Positions 27,651 to 36,731 of a stretch of DNA of 64,000 nucleotides are shown here, piece by piece. Location: positions 1 to 64,000 of IMG/VR virus record IMGVR_UViG_3300037781_000042; one strand, written 5' to 3'. A program made the position numbers and the translations under genes. The notes under the pieces are model-generated. The model was not told the DNA's origin. It was given only the letters and a program-made list of their open reading frames with translations, and searched no databases. The DNA is from a virus. Its lineage: Duplodnaviria; Caudoviricetes. Position 1 is the first letter of the stretch. Each line of letters starts with the position of its first letter.

Positions 27651-27974
27651 ATGAAATATATTTTTTTAATGCTATCTTTTTTATTTCTATCGTGTACTGA
27701 ATATACACATGAAAATATAATTGAAGTAACATATACAAATAATAAGGTCGATACTTTATTTCATGTTTTAAAAACAAATTCTTCTGATAATTTAGAATAT
27801 GAAATAGCAGAAGATCCTACTAATAAAAAATTAAGTTTAAAATATGGAAGTAGTTGTAGTGCAACATATATTACAAATATTAAAGATTATGAAGTTTTAG
27901 AAACATTTGTTTTTAAAACTGAAAATTTTGATCAATATTCAGAAGATGAATTCATAGAAAAATACGAGAAATGA
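27651..27974 (+). CDS. Putative lipoprotein
   Basis: MKYIFLMLSFLFLS-C lipobox-like signal. Confidence 0.6.
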   Translation: MKYIFLMLSFLFLSCTEYTHENIIEVTYTNNKVDTLFHVLKTNSSDNLEYEIAEDPTNKKLSLKYGSSCSATYITNIKDYEVLETFVFKTENFDQYSEDEFIEKYEK

Positions 27975-27975
27975 T

Positions 27976-28275
27976 ATGAATAAAAGACACTATAAAATAA
28001 TTTGGATAATAGCGGTTGCATTTGTATTTACGGTAATATCTTCTATTTTATATAAATGTAATAGAACAATTATTCATGAAAATAAAATTGAGATTATTCA
28101 TTCTGATAATACTATAGATACTGTTAATCATAAAACGACTTCATACTCGGAAGATTTTTTAGAATTTCAAATAATATACACCGATCTTTCTTATAAAGTA
28201 GGAGCTAGATACCCTATTATAGCTAGGAAAGTCAAACGTTTTAACATTTTAGAAACAAATATCTATGAAAAATAA
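27976..28275 (+). CDS. Membrane-anchored protein, paralog of 27651
   Basis: N-terminal TM segment. HENKIEIIHSDNTIDTVNH resembles HENIIEVTYTNNKVDTLFH in 27651. Confidence 0.6.
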   Translation: MNKRHYKIIWIIAVAFVFTVISSILYKCNRTIIHENKIEIIHSDNTIDTVNHKTTSYSEDFLEFQIIYTDLSYKVGARYPIIARKVKRFNILETNIYEK

Positions 28276-28307
28276 TTTTTTATTTTAAAAATTTTTATTA
28301 TATTACA
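28275..28307 (+). promoter_or_regulatory. Putative early promoter (variant)
   Basis: ttttttattttaaaaatttttattatattaca followed by TTCAATTAAC, like the 7941 copy. Confidence 0.5.
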
Positions 28308-28337
28308 AAGTATTCAATTAACTAAAGGATAATAAAA

Positions 28338-28628
28338 ATGTATAAAGAAAATAAAACAATAGAAGATATAAATTCAAATGCTGTAGTAGAAGCAAAAAAA
28401 AGAAAGGACAAATGGATATTTAATATTCTAGGATTAAAAGCAAATGTTGCGGAACCAGCAATAAATGTAAATTGGGACAGCCTTCCTACAAAATTTATAG
28501 AAAAGAATGGAAAAATCTATAAATTAAAAGAATTTGATTCTAAAAAAGATGCTATTACTGTTGGAATAGAATATCATAAATTTTTAAAAGAAGTTTTTAG
28601 TAAACCTAGAATTTCTAAAATGGTATAG
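28338..28628 (+). CDS. Hypothetical protein
   Basis: 96 aa with SD AAAGGA. Confidence 0.7.
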   Translation: MYKENKTIEDINSNAVVEAKKRKDKWIFNILGLKANVAEPAINVNWDSLPTKFIEKNGKIYKLKEFDSKKDAITVGIEYHKFLKEVFSKPRISKMV

Positions 28629-28630
28629 AT

Positions 28631-29305
28631 ATGGACTTAAAAAGATTTGAAGATATAGAAATAAAAGAATTTGATTGTTCACATGGTGAAAAAGTAGTAA
28701 TTTTTAGATATATTGGAGAAGGAGATCCATATAAAGAACTATCTAACGTTATTCAAACATATACTGAAGACTGTCCAATGCATCAATTTATAGAACAAAC
28801 AGGAGACAATCCTTGGGTGAGAATTTTAGTAACAGAATTAAATAACATTACGTTTGAAAAATATCATAATTTTAAAAAAATTTTTACTGAAGAAAATTTT
28901 TTAATTCATTTAAACTATCCAGAAATTCCTTTAACTTCGGTTTATAAGTATAAAGATGATAAATTTGTAATTGTAGATTGGGTAGATAACAAAGAAGATG
29001 ATATATTAGCAAATGTTGATGATGTTGAATTAGTGTATATTGTTACTAAAGAAAATTTATTAAATTTTATAGAAAATAAATTATCTAAAAAAGAATTTAT
29101 TCAAAGTGCAGTTAATCAAAATTATTTTGAATATTGTTATAAAGAATCTGAAATTATAAATGAATATAAAAGCTTTTCTGAAATACCTTCAGAGTATTTT
29201 CCAGAAAATGAAGTTTTTTATAATATTGAAGATATGGTTTATGATTCAGAAAAGCAAAAAGAAGATTTTTTATCTCTAATAGGATTTAAAGCGGTTGATA
29301 TATGA
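28631..29305 (+). CDS. Hypothetical protein
   Basis: 224-aa ORF. Confidence 0.7.
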   Translation: MDLKRFEDIEIKEFDCSHGEKVVIFRYIGEGDPYKELSNVIQTYTEDCPMHQFIEQTGDNPWVRILVTELNNITFEKYHNFKKIFTEENFLIHLNYPEIPLTSVYKYKDDKFVIVDWVDNKEDDILANVDDVELVYIVTKENLLNFIENKLSKKEFIQSAVNQNYFEYCYKESEIINEYKSFSEIPSEYFPENEVFYNIEDMVYDSEKQKEDFLSLIGFKAVDI

Positions 29306-29332
29306 AGGAAATTTCAAGAAACTTATTCTAAA

Positions 29333-29584
29333 ATGGTATCTTTAGAAGAAAAATTAGATTATATTTTAAATTTTTTAGATAAACTAGAATTCGAGAATTT
29401 AGGCCGAAATAATAATAAATATTTTTTTGGGAAACTGCTTACGTTTTTTATTGATAACAAATATCATTTAAGTGAAATTAAAATTGTTTTAGTTGCTACT
29501 AAATACCTTCCAGAAAATCTTGAATTGGTATTTTATAGAAATAAATTAGTTGATTTTTATAATAAAATAAAAAAGGAAAAATGA
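29333..29584 (+). CDS. Hypothetical protein
   Basis: 83-aa ORF with an ATGA overlap to the next gene. Confidence 0.6.
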   Translation: MVSLEEKLDYILNFLDKLEFENLGRNNNKYFFGKLLTFFIDNKYHLSEIKIVLVATKYLPENLELVFYRNKLVDFYNKIKKEK

Positions 29585-29886
29585 TGAGAAAGAGCAGGAA
29601 GGAAATGTCTAAAAAAGAATTAGAAAAAGTAAGAGCAAAGGAAAGAGAATATTATCAAAAGAATAGAAAAAGAATTTTAGAAAATTCTAGAAAAAGAAGA
29701 TTAGGAAAAGGAATTTTACAAACAAAGGGAACACTAGCTAAATATACTGCAGAAGAGTTAAAAGAAAGACAAAAAGAACAAAAGAAAAAATGGGCAGATA
29801 AAAATAGTAAAAAATATTATAAAGAAAATAGAGAAACTATTTTAAAGAAAGCTAAAGAATATTATCATAAAAGGAAAAGAAAATGA
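29581..29886 (+). CDS. Highly basic K/E/Y-repeat protein
   Basis: REYYQKNRKRI and KKYYKENRETI repeats. No nuclease domain. Confidence 0.6.
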   Translation: MMRKSRKEMSKKELEKVRAKEREYYQKNRKRILENSRKRRLGKGILQTKGTLAKYTAEELKERQKEQKKKWADKNSKKYYKENRETILKKAKEYYHKRKRK

Positions 29887-30545
29887 AACCGTTCAAAGAA
29901 AGACAAAAAGAGTATCAAAAAGAATACTACGAAAAGAATAAAGAAAAGATAAGAAAATATCAAAAAGAATATAGAAAAAACAATAAAGAAAGAACAAAAG
30001 AATACTACGAAAAAAATAAAGAAAAGATAAAAGAATATCAAAAAGAATATAAAAAAAGAAATCCTAATAAAACAAAAGAATATTACGAAAAAAATAAAGA
30101 AAAGATAAACAAAAGACATAAAAAATATTTAAATGATAATAAAGATTCTTGGAATAAATATCAAAACGAATATAAGAAACAGAAGTACAAAGAAATGTCA
30201 TTGGAAGAAAAAAAGAAATTTAATTTTGAAAAATATTCTTATAAAATAAGAAAAAAATTAATGAATAATGTGAACGATATAATTAATAATATTATCCAAG
30301 AAGATTCTTATTCTAATCTTTCTTTTGATTTAAATAGAACAAAAAATGAAAGACTTGAATTAAATATAAATGTTAAAGATTATAATAAATCTTATTCTTA
30401 TACTCAAAGAAAAAAACTATTAGAACAATTGTTTGATACAGCTAAAACAGAAATACACGATAACTATTCAGATAGAATAGAATTGAAGATGTCAAAAGGA
30501 AAAAATAATATAATAATAAATTTAAAGGTTAAAGAAAATAAATGA
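29883..30545 (+). CDS. K/E/Y-repeat protein with a C-terminal domain
   Basis: Repeated KEYYEKNKEKI units. No HNH or GIY-YIG motif. Confidence 0.65.
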   Translation: MKPFKERQKEYQKEYYEKNKEKIRKYQKEYRKNNKERTKEYYEKNKEKIKEYQKEYKKRNPNKTKEYYEKNKEKINKRHKKYLNDNKDSWNKYQNEYKKQKYKEMSLEEKKKFNFEKYSYKIRKKLMNNVNDIINNIIQEDSYSNLSFDLNRTKNERLELNINVKDYNKSYSYTQRKKLLEQLFDTAKTEIHDNYSDRIELKMSKGKNNIIINLKVKENK

Positions 30546-31423
30546 TAGATATTTTAGAACATCACAGAATAAATGAAGAAAATAAAATTGATTGTTTAGA
30601 TCATGGATTTGTTAGACTTGTAGATGTACTTCCTAGAGTAGTTGAAGATGGTGCTGAACCTACAGGCGATTTTGCTATTGTTCAAGCTGCTCGGGTTTCC
30701 TATGGTGCAGGGACTAAAACGGTAAATCAAGACAGAGGGCTTATAAGATATTTAATGAGACATCTTCATACGACGCCATTTGAAATGGCTGTTGTCAAGA
30801 TACATTGTAAAATGCCTATCTTCGTTGCTCGTCAATGGATAAGACATAGAACAGCAAGTGTAAATGAATATTCAGGTAGGTATTCTATAATGTCTCCAGA
30901 TTTTTATGTTCCAGAGCTAGATAGAATTCAAAATCAATCTAAAACAAATAATCAAGGAACTGATTTTGATGGAGATATTTCTTTATCTACTCAAATGATG
31001 ATTCAAAAAAGAATGCAAGAAGAACAACAAACTGCATATTCTAATTATGAAAATTATTTAGAAGCAGATGTAGCAAGAGAACTTTCAAGAAATAATCTTC
31101 CAGTTTCTAATTATACTGAGTGGTACTGGCAAACAAATTTACACAATTTATTTCATTTCCTTGCTCTTAGATTAGATTCTCATGCACAATATGAAATAAG
31201 AGTTTTTGCTGAAGCAATGTACGAATTCATTAAACCTATATTTCCACTTGCTTGTGAGGCTTTTGAAGATTATAGATTAAATGGAGATAAAATTTCTAAT
31301 GAAGAAAAGAACATTATTCATAGATTAATAGGTGATGATGAAGCAATGCTTTCTGATATTTTAGAATCTTCTAACTTATCTAAAAGAGAAATTACTGAAT
31401 TTAAAAATAAGTTTAATATATAA
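30542..31423 (+). CDS. thyX: FAD-dependent thymidylate synthase ThyX
   Basis: IVQAARVSY, HTTPFEMA, ThyX motif RHRTASVNEYSGRYS, ARELSR..LP and HAQYEIR. Confidence 0.95.
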   Translation: MIDILEHHRINEENKIDCLDHGFVRLVDVLPRVVEDGAEPTGDFAIVQAARVSYGAGTKTVNQDRGLIRYLMRHLHTTPFEMAVVKIHCKMPIFVARQWIRHRTASVNEYSGRYSIMSPDFYVPELDRIQNQSKTNNQGTDFDGDISLSTQMMIQKRMQEEQQTAYSNYENYLEADVARELSRNNLPVSNYTEWYWQTNLHNLFHFLALRLDSHAQYEIRVFAEAMYEFIKPIFPLACEAFEDYRLNGDKISNEEKNIIHRLIGDDEAMLSDILESSNLSKREITEFKNKFNI

Positions 31424-31460
31424 ATTGTAAATTTTTTAAATAAAAAATAAATTTAGTATT

Positions 31461-31664
31461 ATGAATGAATATAGAATTAAATTAAAGGATGCTAGAACTA
31501 AAACAGTAAATGCAAATTCTTATAAAATAGAAAATGGATTTTTTATATTTGAATCAAATAATCAAATGGTATTTTCAGTATCTACAGAAAGAGTAAAAGA
31601 TGTAGAGCAAATACAAACAGTAAATGAATCTACATTTAATTCATCAGATATGATCTGTGATTAA
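31461..31664 (+). CDS. Small hypothetical protein
   Basis: 67-aa ORF. Confidence 0.6.
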   Translation: MNEYRIKLKDARTKTVNANSYKIENGFFIFESNNQMVFSVSTERVKDVEQIQTVNESTFNSSDMICD

Positions 31665-31683
31665 ACTTTAAAGGAAAGTTATA

Positions 31684-32607
31684 TTGACTGATTATGAAAT
31701 ATTAGGAGTTAAACCTGGTGCATCTGAAAAGGAATTAAAATCTGCTTGGAGAAAGCTTGCTGCTCAATATCATCCAGATAAAAATAATGGATCAGAAGAG
31801 TCGGAAGAAAAATTTAAGCAGATTAATGAAGCTTATAACAATATAAAATCTGGGAAAACAGTTAAAGAAAATCCTTTTACTTCATATAGATGGAATAAAA
31901 GAAGAACTCAAAGAAGACAATCTGTTAATTTTGAAGAATTTTTTAACGATGATTCTATATTTGAAGATTTTTACAATTTTGGAGGAGAAACAAAAACCGT
32001 AAAACCAGATGTAAAAATTCCTTTGAATTTAGAAATGAAGCTTTTCATAAACATTGAAAATTTCTTTAAACCTTTTACTAAAGAAATAAAATATGTAAAA
32101 AGAGTTCAGTGTCCTAATTGCAAAGGAAAGGGAAATTCTGTAGAAGATTGTAAAACTTGTAATGAAAAAGGTTATCTTTCAAAGGAAGTAACTGAGAAGT
32201 TTAAATTTCCTAAAAATGTTCCAGCAGGAGCTTCAATTAAATTTGAAGGATGCGGAAATGAATTTGAGGGAAAAACAGGATTTTTTAAAATTCAAATACT
32301 TCCAAAAGTTGATGATGATTCTTATTATGTAGAATTAGAAAATAATAAATTTGATATTTATAAATTGTATGAAATAGATATTATGCAATTTGCTTTAGGA
32401 TTTGAATATACTGTAGAAAATTTAGAAAAACAAGAAGTAAAGATTAATATTGATTCTTTAAAGGCTTTAGAAGAAACAAAGCAACATATTATTAAAGAAG
32501 GAGGAATTCCGATAAAAGGAGGAAAGAAATCTGATTTAATAATTAAATTTAAAATTAAAGAATTGGATGAAAAAACTATAAAACATTTAAAGAAATTTAA
32601 AATGTAA
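31684..32607 (+). CDS. dnaJ: DnaJ-family co-chaperone
   Basis: J domain (YEILGV...YHPDKN...FKQINEAY), one zinc site ([16 protein letters not shown]) and a C-terminal substrate-binding region. TTG start. Confidence 0.88.
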   Translation: MTDYEILGVKPGASEKELKSAWRKLAAQYHPDKNNGSEESEEKFKQINEAYNNIKSGKTVKENPFTSYRWNKRRTQRRQSVNFEEFFNDDSIFEDFYNFGGETKTVKPDVKIPLNLEMKLFINIENFFKPFTKEIKYVKRVQCPNCKGKGNSVEDCKTCNEKGYLSKEVTEKFKFPKNVPAGASIKFEGCGNEFEGKTGFFKIQILPKVDDDSYYVELENNKFDIYKLYEIDIMQFALGFEYTVENLEKQEVKINIDSLKALEETKQHIIKEGGIPIKGGKKSDLIIKFKIKELDEKTIKHLKKFKM

Positions 32608-32655
32608 TTTTATTAATAATGGGGGAAACATTATAAATAACAAGGAACACTGATT

Positions 32656-33030
32656 ATGAAGGTAGATGATATATTTGAGTTAATTACAGATGTAGAAAAA
32701 CCTGGGACGATGATTAAAGATTTTATAAGAAATAATTTTTCTGAACTTTCTTCTGAAGAAAGACAAAAGTTATACAATAAAATTTATTCTAAATGGTATA
32801 GAAACAAAAATAAAGATTATTTTAAAAAGAAAAATAAAGAGTATAGAGAAAAAAATCCTGAGAAAATGCGAAAGTATATGAAAAAATACTATCGTAAAAA
32901 TAAGGAAGAAATAAGAAAAAGAACTATAGAAAATAGAAAAAAACTTTTTGAAAAAGATCCTGCTGCTGAAAAGGCATATAGAGAATATCAAAAGGAATAT
33001 AGAGAAAAACAAAAAGAAAAAAATTCATAA
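32656..33030 (+). CDS. K/E/Y-repeat basic protein
   Basis: KEYREKNPEK and KKYYRKNKEEI repeats. Confidence 0.6.
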   Translation: MKVDDIFELITDVEKPGTMIKDFIRNNFSELSSEERQKLYNKIYSKWYRNKNKDYFKKKNKEYREKNPEKMRKYMKKYYRKNKEEIRKRTIENRKKLFEKDPAAEKAYREYQKEYREKQKEKNS

Positions 33031-33037
33031 TATATAG
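33029..33037 (+). promoter_or_regulatory. Putative late promoter AATATATAG
   Basis: Exact motif 23 nt before ORF 33060. Confidence 0.6.
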
Positions 33038-33059
33038 TTTATATAAAAAAATAAAAAAT

Positions 33060-33326
33060 ATGGTTGAAAATTTTGAACAATACTCAAAGATGAATGAAAC
33101 AGATTCTGAATCTTTGACTAGAAAAATAGAAGCTGACTTGTCTGAAAAGTTTTTTGAATTATCAGAAGGACCAGACGGTAGCGGAGAAAATATAGGAGAA
33201 TGGTTAGCAAATCAAATTGTAAGTCATGTTAAATCTCTTACTTACGGAGAGTACCCAGAAGAAGACGCAAGAGAATTTTTAGAAGATGTTAAAAGAGGAT
33301 GGAAAAAATCTGATTTTACAATATAA
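33060..33326 (+). CDS. Small acidic protein with a capsid-targeting-like N-terminus
   Basis: MVENFEQYSKMNE, downstream of the late motif. Confidence 0.6.
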   Translation: MVENFEQYSKMNETDSESLTRKIEADLSEKFFELSEGPDGSGENIGEWLANQIVSHVKSLTYGEYPEEDAREFLEDVKRGWKKSDFTI

Positions 33327-33347
33327 AAAAAGATATAAAAAAAAGAT

Positions 33348-33773
33348 ATGAAAAACCAAATTAAACAAGTTAAAGATTTTCGTGGTTTTATAAACGAAAG
33401 AATTTCTAATGTTACTTCAGATTATTATAATCCTGATACTAATAAAAATTATTATGATGAAGAAGATACTGATAATCGTCCATTAACAGTAGAAAATTTT
33501 AAAACTACTTTTACAGGAGAAGGAGATTATTTATATTATAGTACTGAAAAAGGTTTTATTGCATGTGATGTAGAACCTGAAGGATATACATCTCCTGAAA
33601 ATACAGAAAATTATACTGGAGTAAGTTATTTTAAAGGAAATAAAGAAGTAGAAGAATGTATTAAAGAAAAATATGATTTAAAAGTTTCAGATATTCAATA
33701 TGTTGACATAGAATATGCTAAAAATCATTTTTCGGAAAACGAAGAAATAATGAACATATTAAATAGATTTTAA
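33348..33773 (+). CDS. Acidic protein with a capsid-targeting-like N-terminus
   Basis: MKNQIKQVKDFRGFINE. Confidence 0.65.
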   Translation: MKNQIKQVKDFRGFINERISNVTSDYYNPDTNKNYYDEEDTDNRPLTVENFKTTFTGEGDYLYYSTEKGFIACDVEPEGYTSPENTENYTGVSYFKGNKEVEECIKEKYDLKVSDIQYVDIEYAKNHFSENEEIMNILNRF

Positions 33774-33796
33774 TTTTCAGAAAATTAAATAAAAAG

Positions 33797-33825
33797 TAAA
33801 CTTTTAAAGTTTTAAAGGATATAAT
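33797..33825 (+). promoter_or_regulatory. Putative middle promoter TAAACT-N17-TATAAT
   Basis: Hexamers with a 17-nt spacer upstream of primase. Confidence 0.55.
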
Positions 33826-33856
33826 TAATAAAAATTATATCCTTTTTTATTTTTAT

Positions 33857-34903
33857 ATGGCAGATTTAAAACAAATAATAGAAGAAGCATTACAAAAAAG
33901 ATTTGCAAATGAAAGATCTAAACAAAGAGTAGTAGTTGCTTCAGATAGATTAAATTTTGCATGTCCTTATTGTGGAGATTCTACTAAAAGTTCCTCAAAG
34001 AAAAGAGGAAATCTTTATTTAGAGAGCGCTTCCTATAAATGTTACAATTGTGGTCATTACTCTTCTCAGAAAAGATTTTTAAAATCTTTAGTAGAGATGG
34101 ATCTTTATTTTGAGAAGATACCTGAAAATCTTTTAGTAAATTCTAATTATGATGGTATTGCAGGATCCTTTAATCCTGCTACAATTTCTACTTTATCTAA
34201 TGACTTAGAAGAAATGGTAGAAAAATATTCTTTAACTAGAGAAAAGTTTAAAAGGTTATTTAGTTTAGTTGAAGTACAAGGAACTAAGATAGAAAAATAT
34301 TTAAATTCTAGATGTATTTTCAATTATGATAATTTCTTATATGATGAATTAAATCATAAATTATTCATTTTAAATAGAGATGCAAATTCTGATAGAATTA
34401 TAGCATATCAAATTAGAAATTTTAATAATCCTAATTTTAAATATTTAACATATAAATTAGAAACTATGTATAAGGAGTGCAGAAAGGAAATTCCTGATGA
34501 AGAAGACTTTCAGACATTAAATACTATATCAAAGTATTTTAATATTCTTAATATTAATATTAGGATGCCTATTACATATTTTGAAGGTCCTATAGATGCA
34601 TACTTTTATAAAAATGCTGTCTCTTTAACTTCTATAGAAACAAAACCAATTATAGAAACAAAAAGTACTCAATACTTATTTGATTGTGATAAAAGAGGAA
34701 ATGAAGAATCTAGAAAACTTTTAAAAGAAAAGAAAAAAGTTTTTATGTGGAGAAAGTTTTTAAAGGATATAAAAATGGAATATCCAAATCCTTACTCAAA
34801 AGTAGATTTCAATGATGTTATTATTCATTGTGCTCATAATAAATTACATCCAAATTTTGATAAATATTTTACAGACAACTCATTAGACATGATCAATATA
34901 TGA
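33857..34903 (+). CDS. gp61: DNA primase (T4 gp61-like)
   Basis: Zn finger NFACPYCGDS..KKRG...YKCYNCG and TOPRIM motifs EGPIDA and FDCD. Confidence 0.85.
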   Translation: MADLKQIIEEALQKRFANERSKQRVVVASDRLNFACPYCGDSTKSSSKKRGNLYLESASYKCYNCGHYSSQKRFLKSLVEMDLYFEKIPENLLVNSNYDGIAGSFNPATISTLSNDLEEMVEKYSLTREKFKRLFSLVEVQGTKIEKYLNSRCIFNYDNFLYDELNHKLFILNRDANSDRIIAYQIRNFNNPNFKYLTYKLETMYKECRKEIPDEEDFQTLNTISKYFNILNINIRMPITYFEGPIDAYFYKNAVSLTSIETKPIIETKSTQYLFDCDKRGNEESRKLLKEKKKVFMWRKFLKDIKMEYPNPYSKVDFNDVIIHCAHNKLHPNFDKYFTDNSLDMINI

Positions 34904-35592
34904 AAAATAATATAGGAATTTTAATTCCAACATACAAAAGAGATAAACAAATAATTAAAAGGGCTATTTCATCTGCAATTAGTCAAAGAAATTTCATTGA
35001 TTTAAATGAATATATTTTAAATATTTTTATTTGTTCTGATACTGAAAAGAAAGAAGAGCACGTAGAAGAAGCAATTAAAGAATGTTATCAGAATTCTTTT
35101 GATAATAAATTTATTTATTCTGATGATGATAAATTTACAATGGATTCGCAGATAATTACTTATTATGAAACTTTAGGTTATCATTCAAATAATTATGCAA
35201 ACGATCCAAGAAATAAATTAATTCAAATGGCATCTAAAAATAATATGGACTATGTAGTATTTTTAGATGATGATAATATACTTTTCCCAGAATACATAGA
35301 TGAATCTTTAAAAGTACTTTTAGAAGAAGATGTAGATTTTACTATTTCTCAAATACTTCATTTAGGACCTGTTAATAAAGAATTATTAGGAGAACCTCCA
35401 TTAATATTGACAGGAGAACAAGTAAAACTTCAACATATAGATACACTTCAATTTTTCTTAAAAATGCATGTTATGGAAGAACATGGATGGAATAAAGAAG
35501 AAGGATATTTAGCAGATGGATATACATTTGAATCAATAGGAGAAAAATATAAATACGCTTATACTAATAAGCTTTTAGCAATTCACATATAA
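34900..35592 (+). CDS. GT-A fold glycosyltransferase (GT2-like)
   Basis: ILIPTYKR, PRN, DYVVFLDDDN, IDTLQF and ADG. ATGA-coupled to primase. Confidence 0.8.
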   Translation: MKNNIGILIPTYKRDKQIIKRAISSAISQRNFIDLNEYILNIFICSDTEKKEEHVEEAIKECYQNSFDNKFIYSDDDKFTMDSQIITYYETLGYHSNNYANDPRNKLIQMASKNNMDYVVFLDDDNILFPEYIDESLKVLLEEDVDFTISQILHLGPVNKELLGEPPLILTGEQVKLQHIDTLQFFLKMHVMEEHGWNKEEGYLADGYTFESIGEKYKYAYTNKLLAIHI

Positions 35593-35603
35593 AGGAGACT
35601 ACA

Positions 35604-35987
35604 ATGTCTGAGATACAAAACATATTAATAGATTTACCAGAACAAATTAAAAATTCTGAATTGGAATTACTTGATTTAAATGATAAATTATCTAGTACTA
35701 AAAAGGAATTAGAATCAATAGAATCAAGTTTAATGCATTCTATATTAAATGAAATGGATGAAAAAGGAAAACCTGTTTATTCTAATGCAGAAAAAAGAAA
35801 TACAGAGCTTGCAAAAAGAAGTGCTGAATATCCAGATACTCTTGATTTAAAAAGTAGTATTGATAAATTAGAAAGACAATCTAAAGAACTTCAAATAGAA
35901 ATTAAATTTTTAAGAGATAAACAAGCAAATTATAGAGCTATAGCAGCTTTTTCAAATGAAACTTTAGTTGGTGCTTTAAATAGTTAA
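35604..35987 (+). CDS. Coiled-coil hypothetical protein
   Basis: 127 aa with SD AAGGAG. Confidence 0.7.
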   Translation: MSEIQNILIDLPEQIKNSELELLDLNDKLSSTKKELESIESSLMHSILNEMDEKGKPVYSNAEKRNTELAKRSAEYPDTLDLKSSIDKLERQSKELQIEIKFLRDKQANYRAIAAFSNETLVGALNS

Positions 35988-36014
35988 AACTATATTAATT
36001 TTTTGAAGTATAAT
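35986..36014 (+). promoter_or_regulatory. Putative middle promoter AAAACT-N17-TATAAT
   Basis: Exact hexamers with a 17-nt spacer. Flanks (AAGTATAATTAATAT) are nearly identical to the 51544 copy. Confidence 0.6.
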
Positions 36015-36050
36015 TAATATAAAGATTGTTAAATAATCAAGGAAAAACAA

Positions 36051-36623
36051 ATGAAGTTAATAATAGTTGAAGGTCCGGATAGAGTTGGTAAAAATACGTT
36101 AGTTTCAAATATAACAGATCGGTTAGATGATTATTTTTCAGTTCATTTTATCGGTCCTCCTGACGTTCCTGATCCTTTAGAGTATCAATTTACAATTCCT
36201 TTTAAATACAAAGCACAGAAAACTTCTTCTATTTTAGAACAAGAATTATCAGAAACTGTAGTTTGGAATAGATCTCACTTAGGAGAATACGTATATGGAC
36301 AAATTTATAGAAATGAAAATCCAGAAGATATTATGAAAAGAATATGGGAATTTGAAAAAGGACTTTTTTCTACCATAGGAAATGAAAATATTTATGGAAT
36401 TAATTTGTACGCAGATCCTGAATATTTAATAGGAATAGACGACGGAGAATCTTTTACAACAGATTTAGAAAAGAAGAAAATTGAAATAAATTATTTTAAA
36501 GAAGCTTTTGATAAATCCTTATTAAGAAATAAAATGGAAATTAACATTCAAGTAGATAATGGAAATTTAAAAACTCCTCAAACTATTTATGAAGAAGTAA
36601 CGACAAGATTTAATAAAATATAA
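36051..36623 (+). CDS. Deoxynucleoside monophosphate (thymidylate-like) kinase
   Basis: IIVEGPDRVGKNT P-loop and WNRSHLGEYVYG (DR-motif equivalent). Confidence 0.75.
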   Translation: MKLIIVEGPDRVGKNTLVSNITDRLDDYFSVHFIGPPDVPDPLEYQFTIPFKYKAQKTSSILEQELSETVVWNRSHLGEYVYGQIYRNENPEDIMKRIWEFEKGLFSTIGNENIYGINLYADPEYLIGIDDGESFTTDLEKKKIEINYFKEAFDKSLLRNKMEINIQVDNGNLKTPQTIYEEVTTRFNKI

Positions 36624-36650
36624 TTTTTGGGTTATGTTTTATATAGAGAA

Positions 36651-36685
36651 GCACCTATTATCCCCTTTGTAAATAGGAGCTTTTT
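36651..36685 (+). terminator. Rho-independent terminator
   Basis: gcacctatt / aataggagc stem followed by ttttt. Confidence 0.5.
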
Positions 36686-36689
36686 CTTT

Positions 36690-36698
36690 AATATATAG
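36690..36698 (+). promoter_or_regulatory. Putative late promoter AATATATAG
   Basis: Exact motif before clpP. Confidence 0.6.
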
Positions 36699-36731
36699 AA
36701 AGTAATCATTCATTCAAACATAGGAAAAAAC

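Noticed and set aside
29865-33012. Hydrophobic F/I-rich antisense ORFs (29865-30119, 32770-33012, also 15555-15821)
   Set aside because: They are reverse complements of A-rich, Lys/Glu-coding sense genes.
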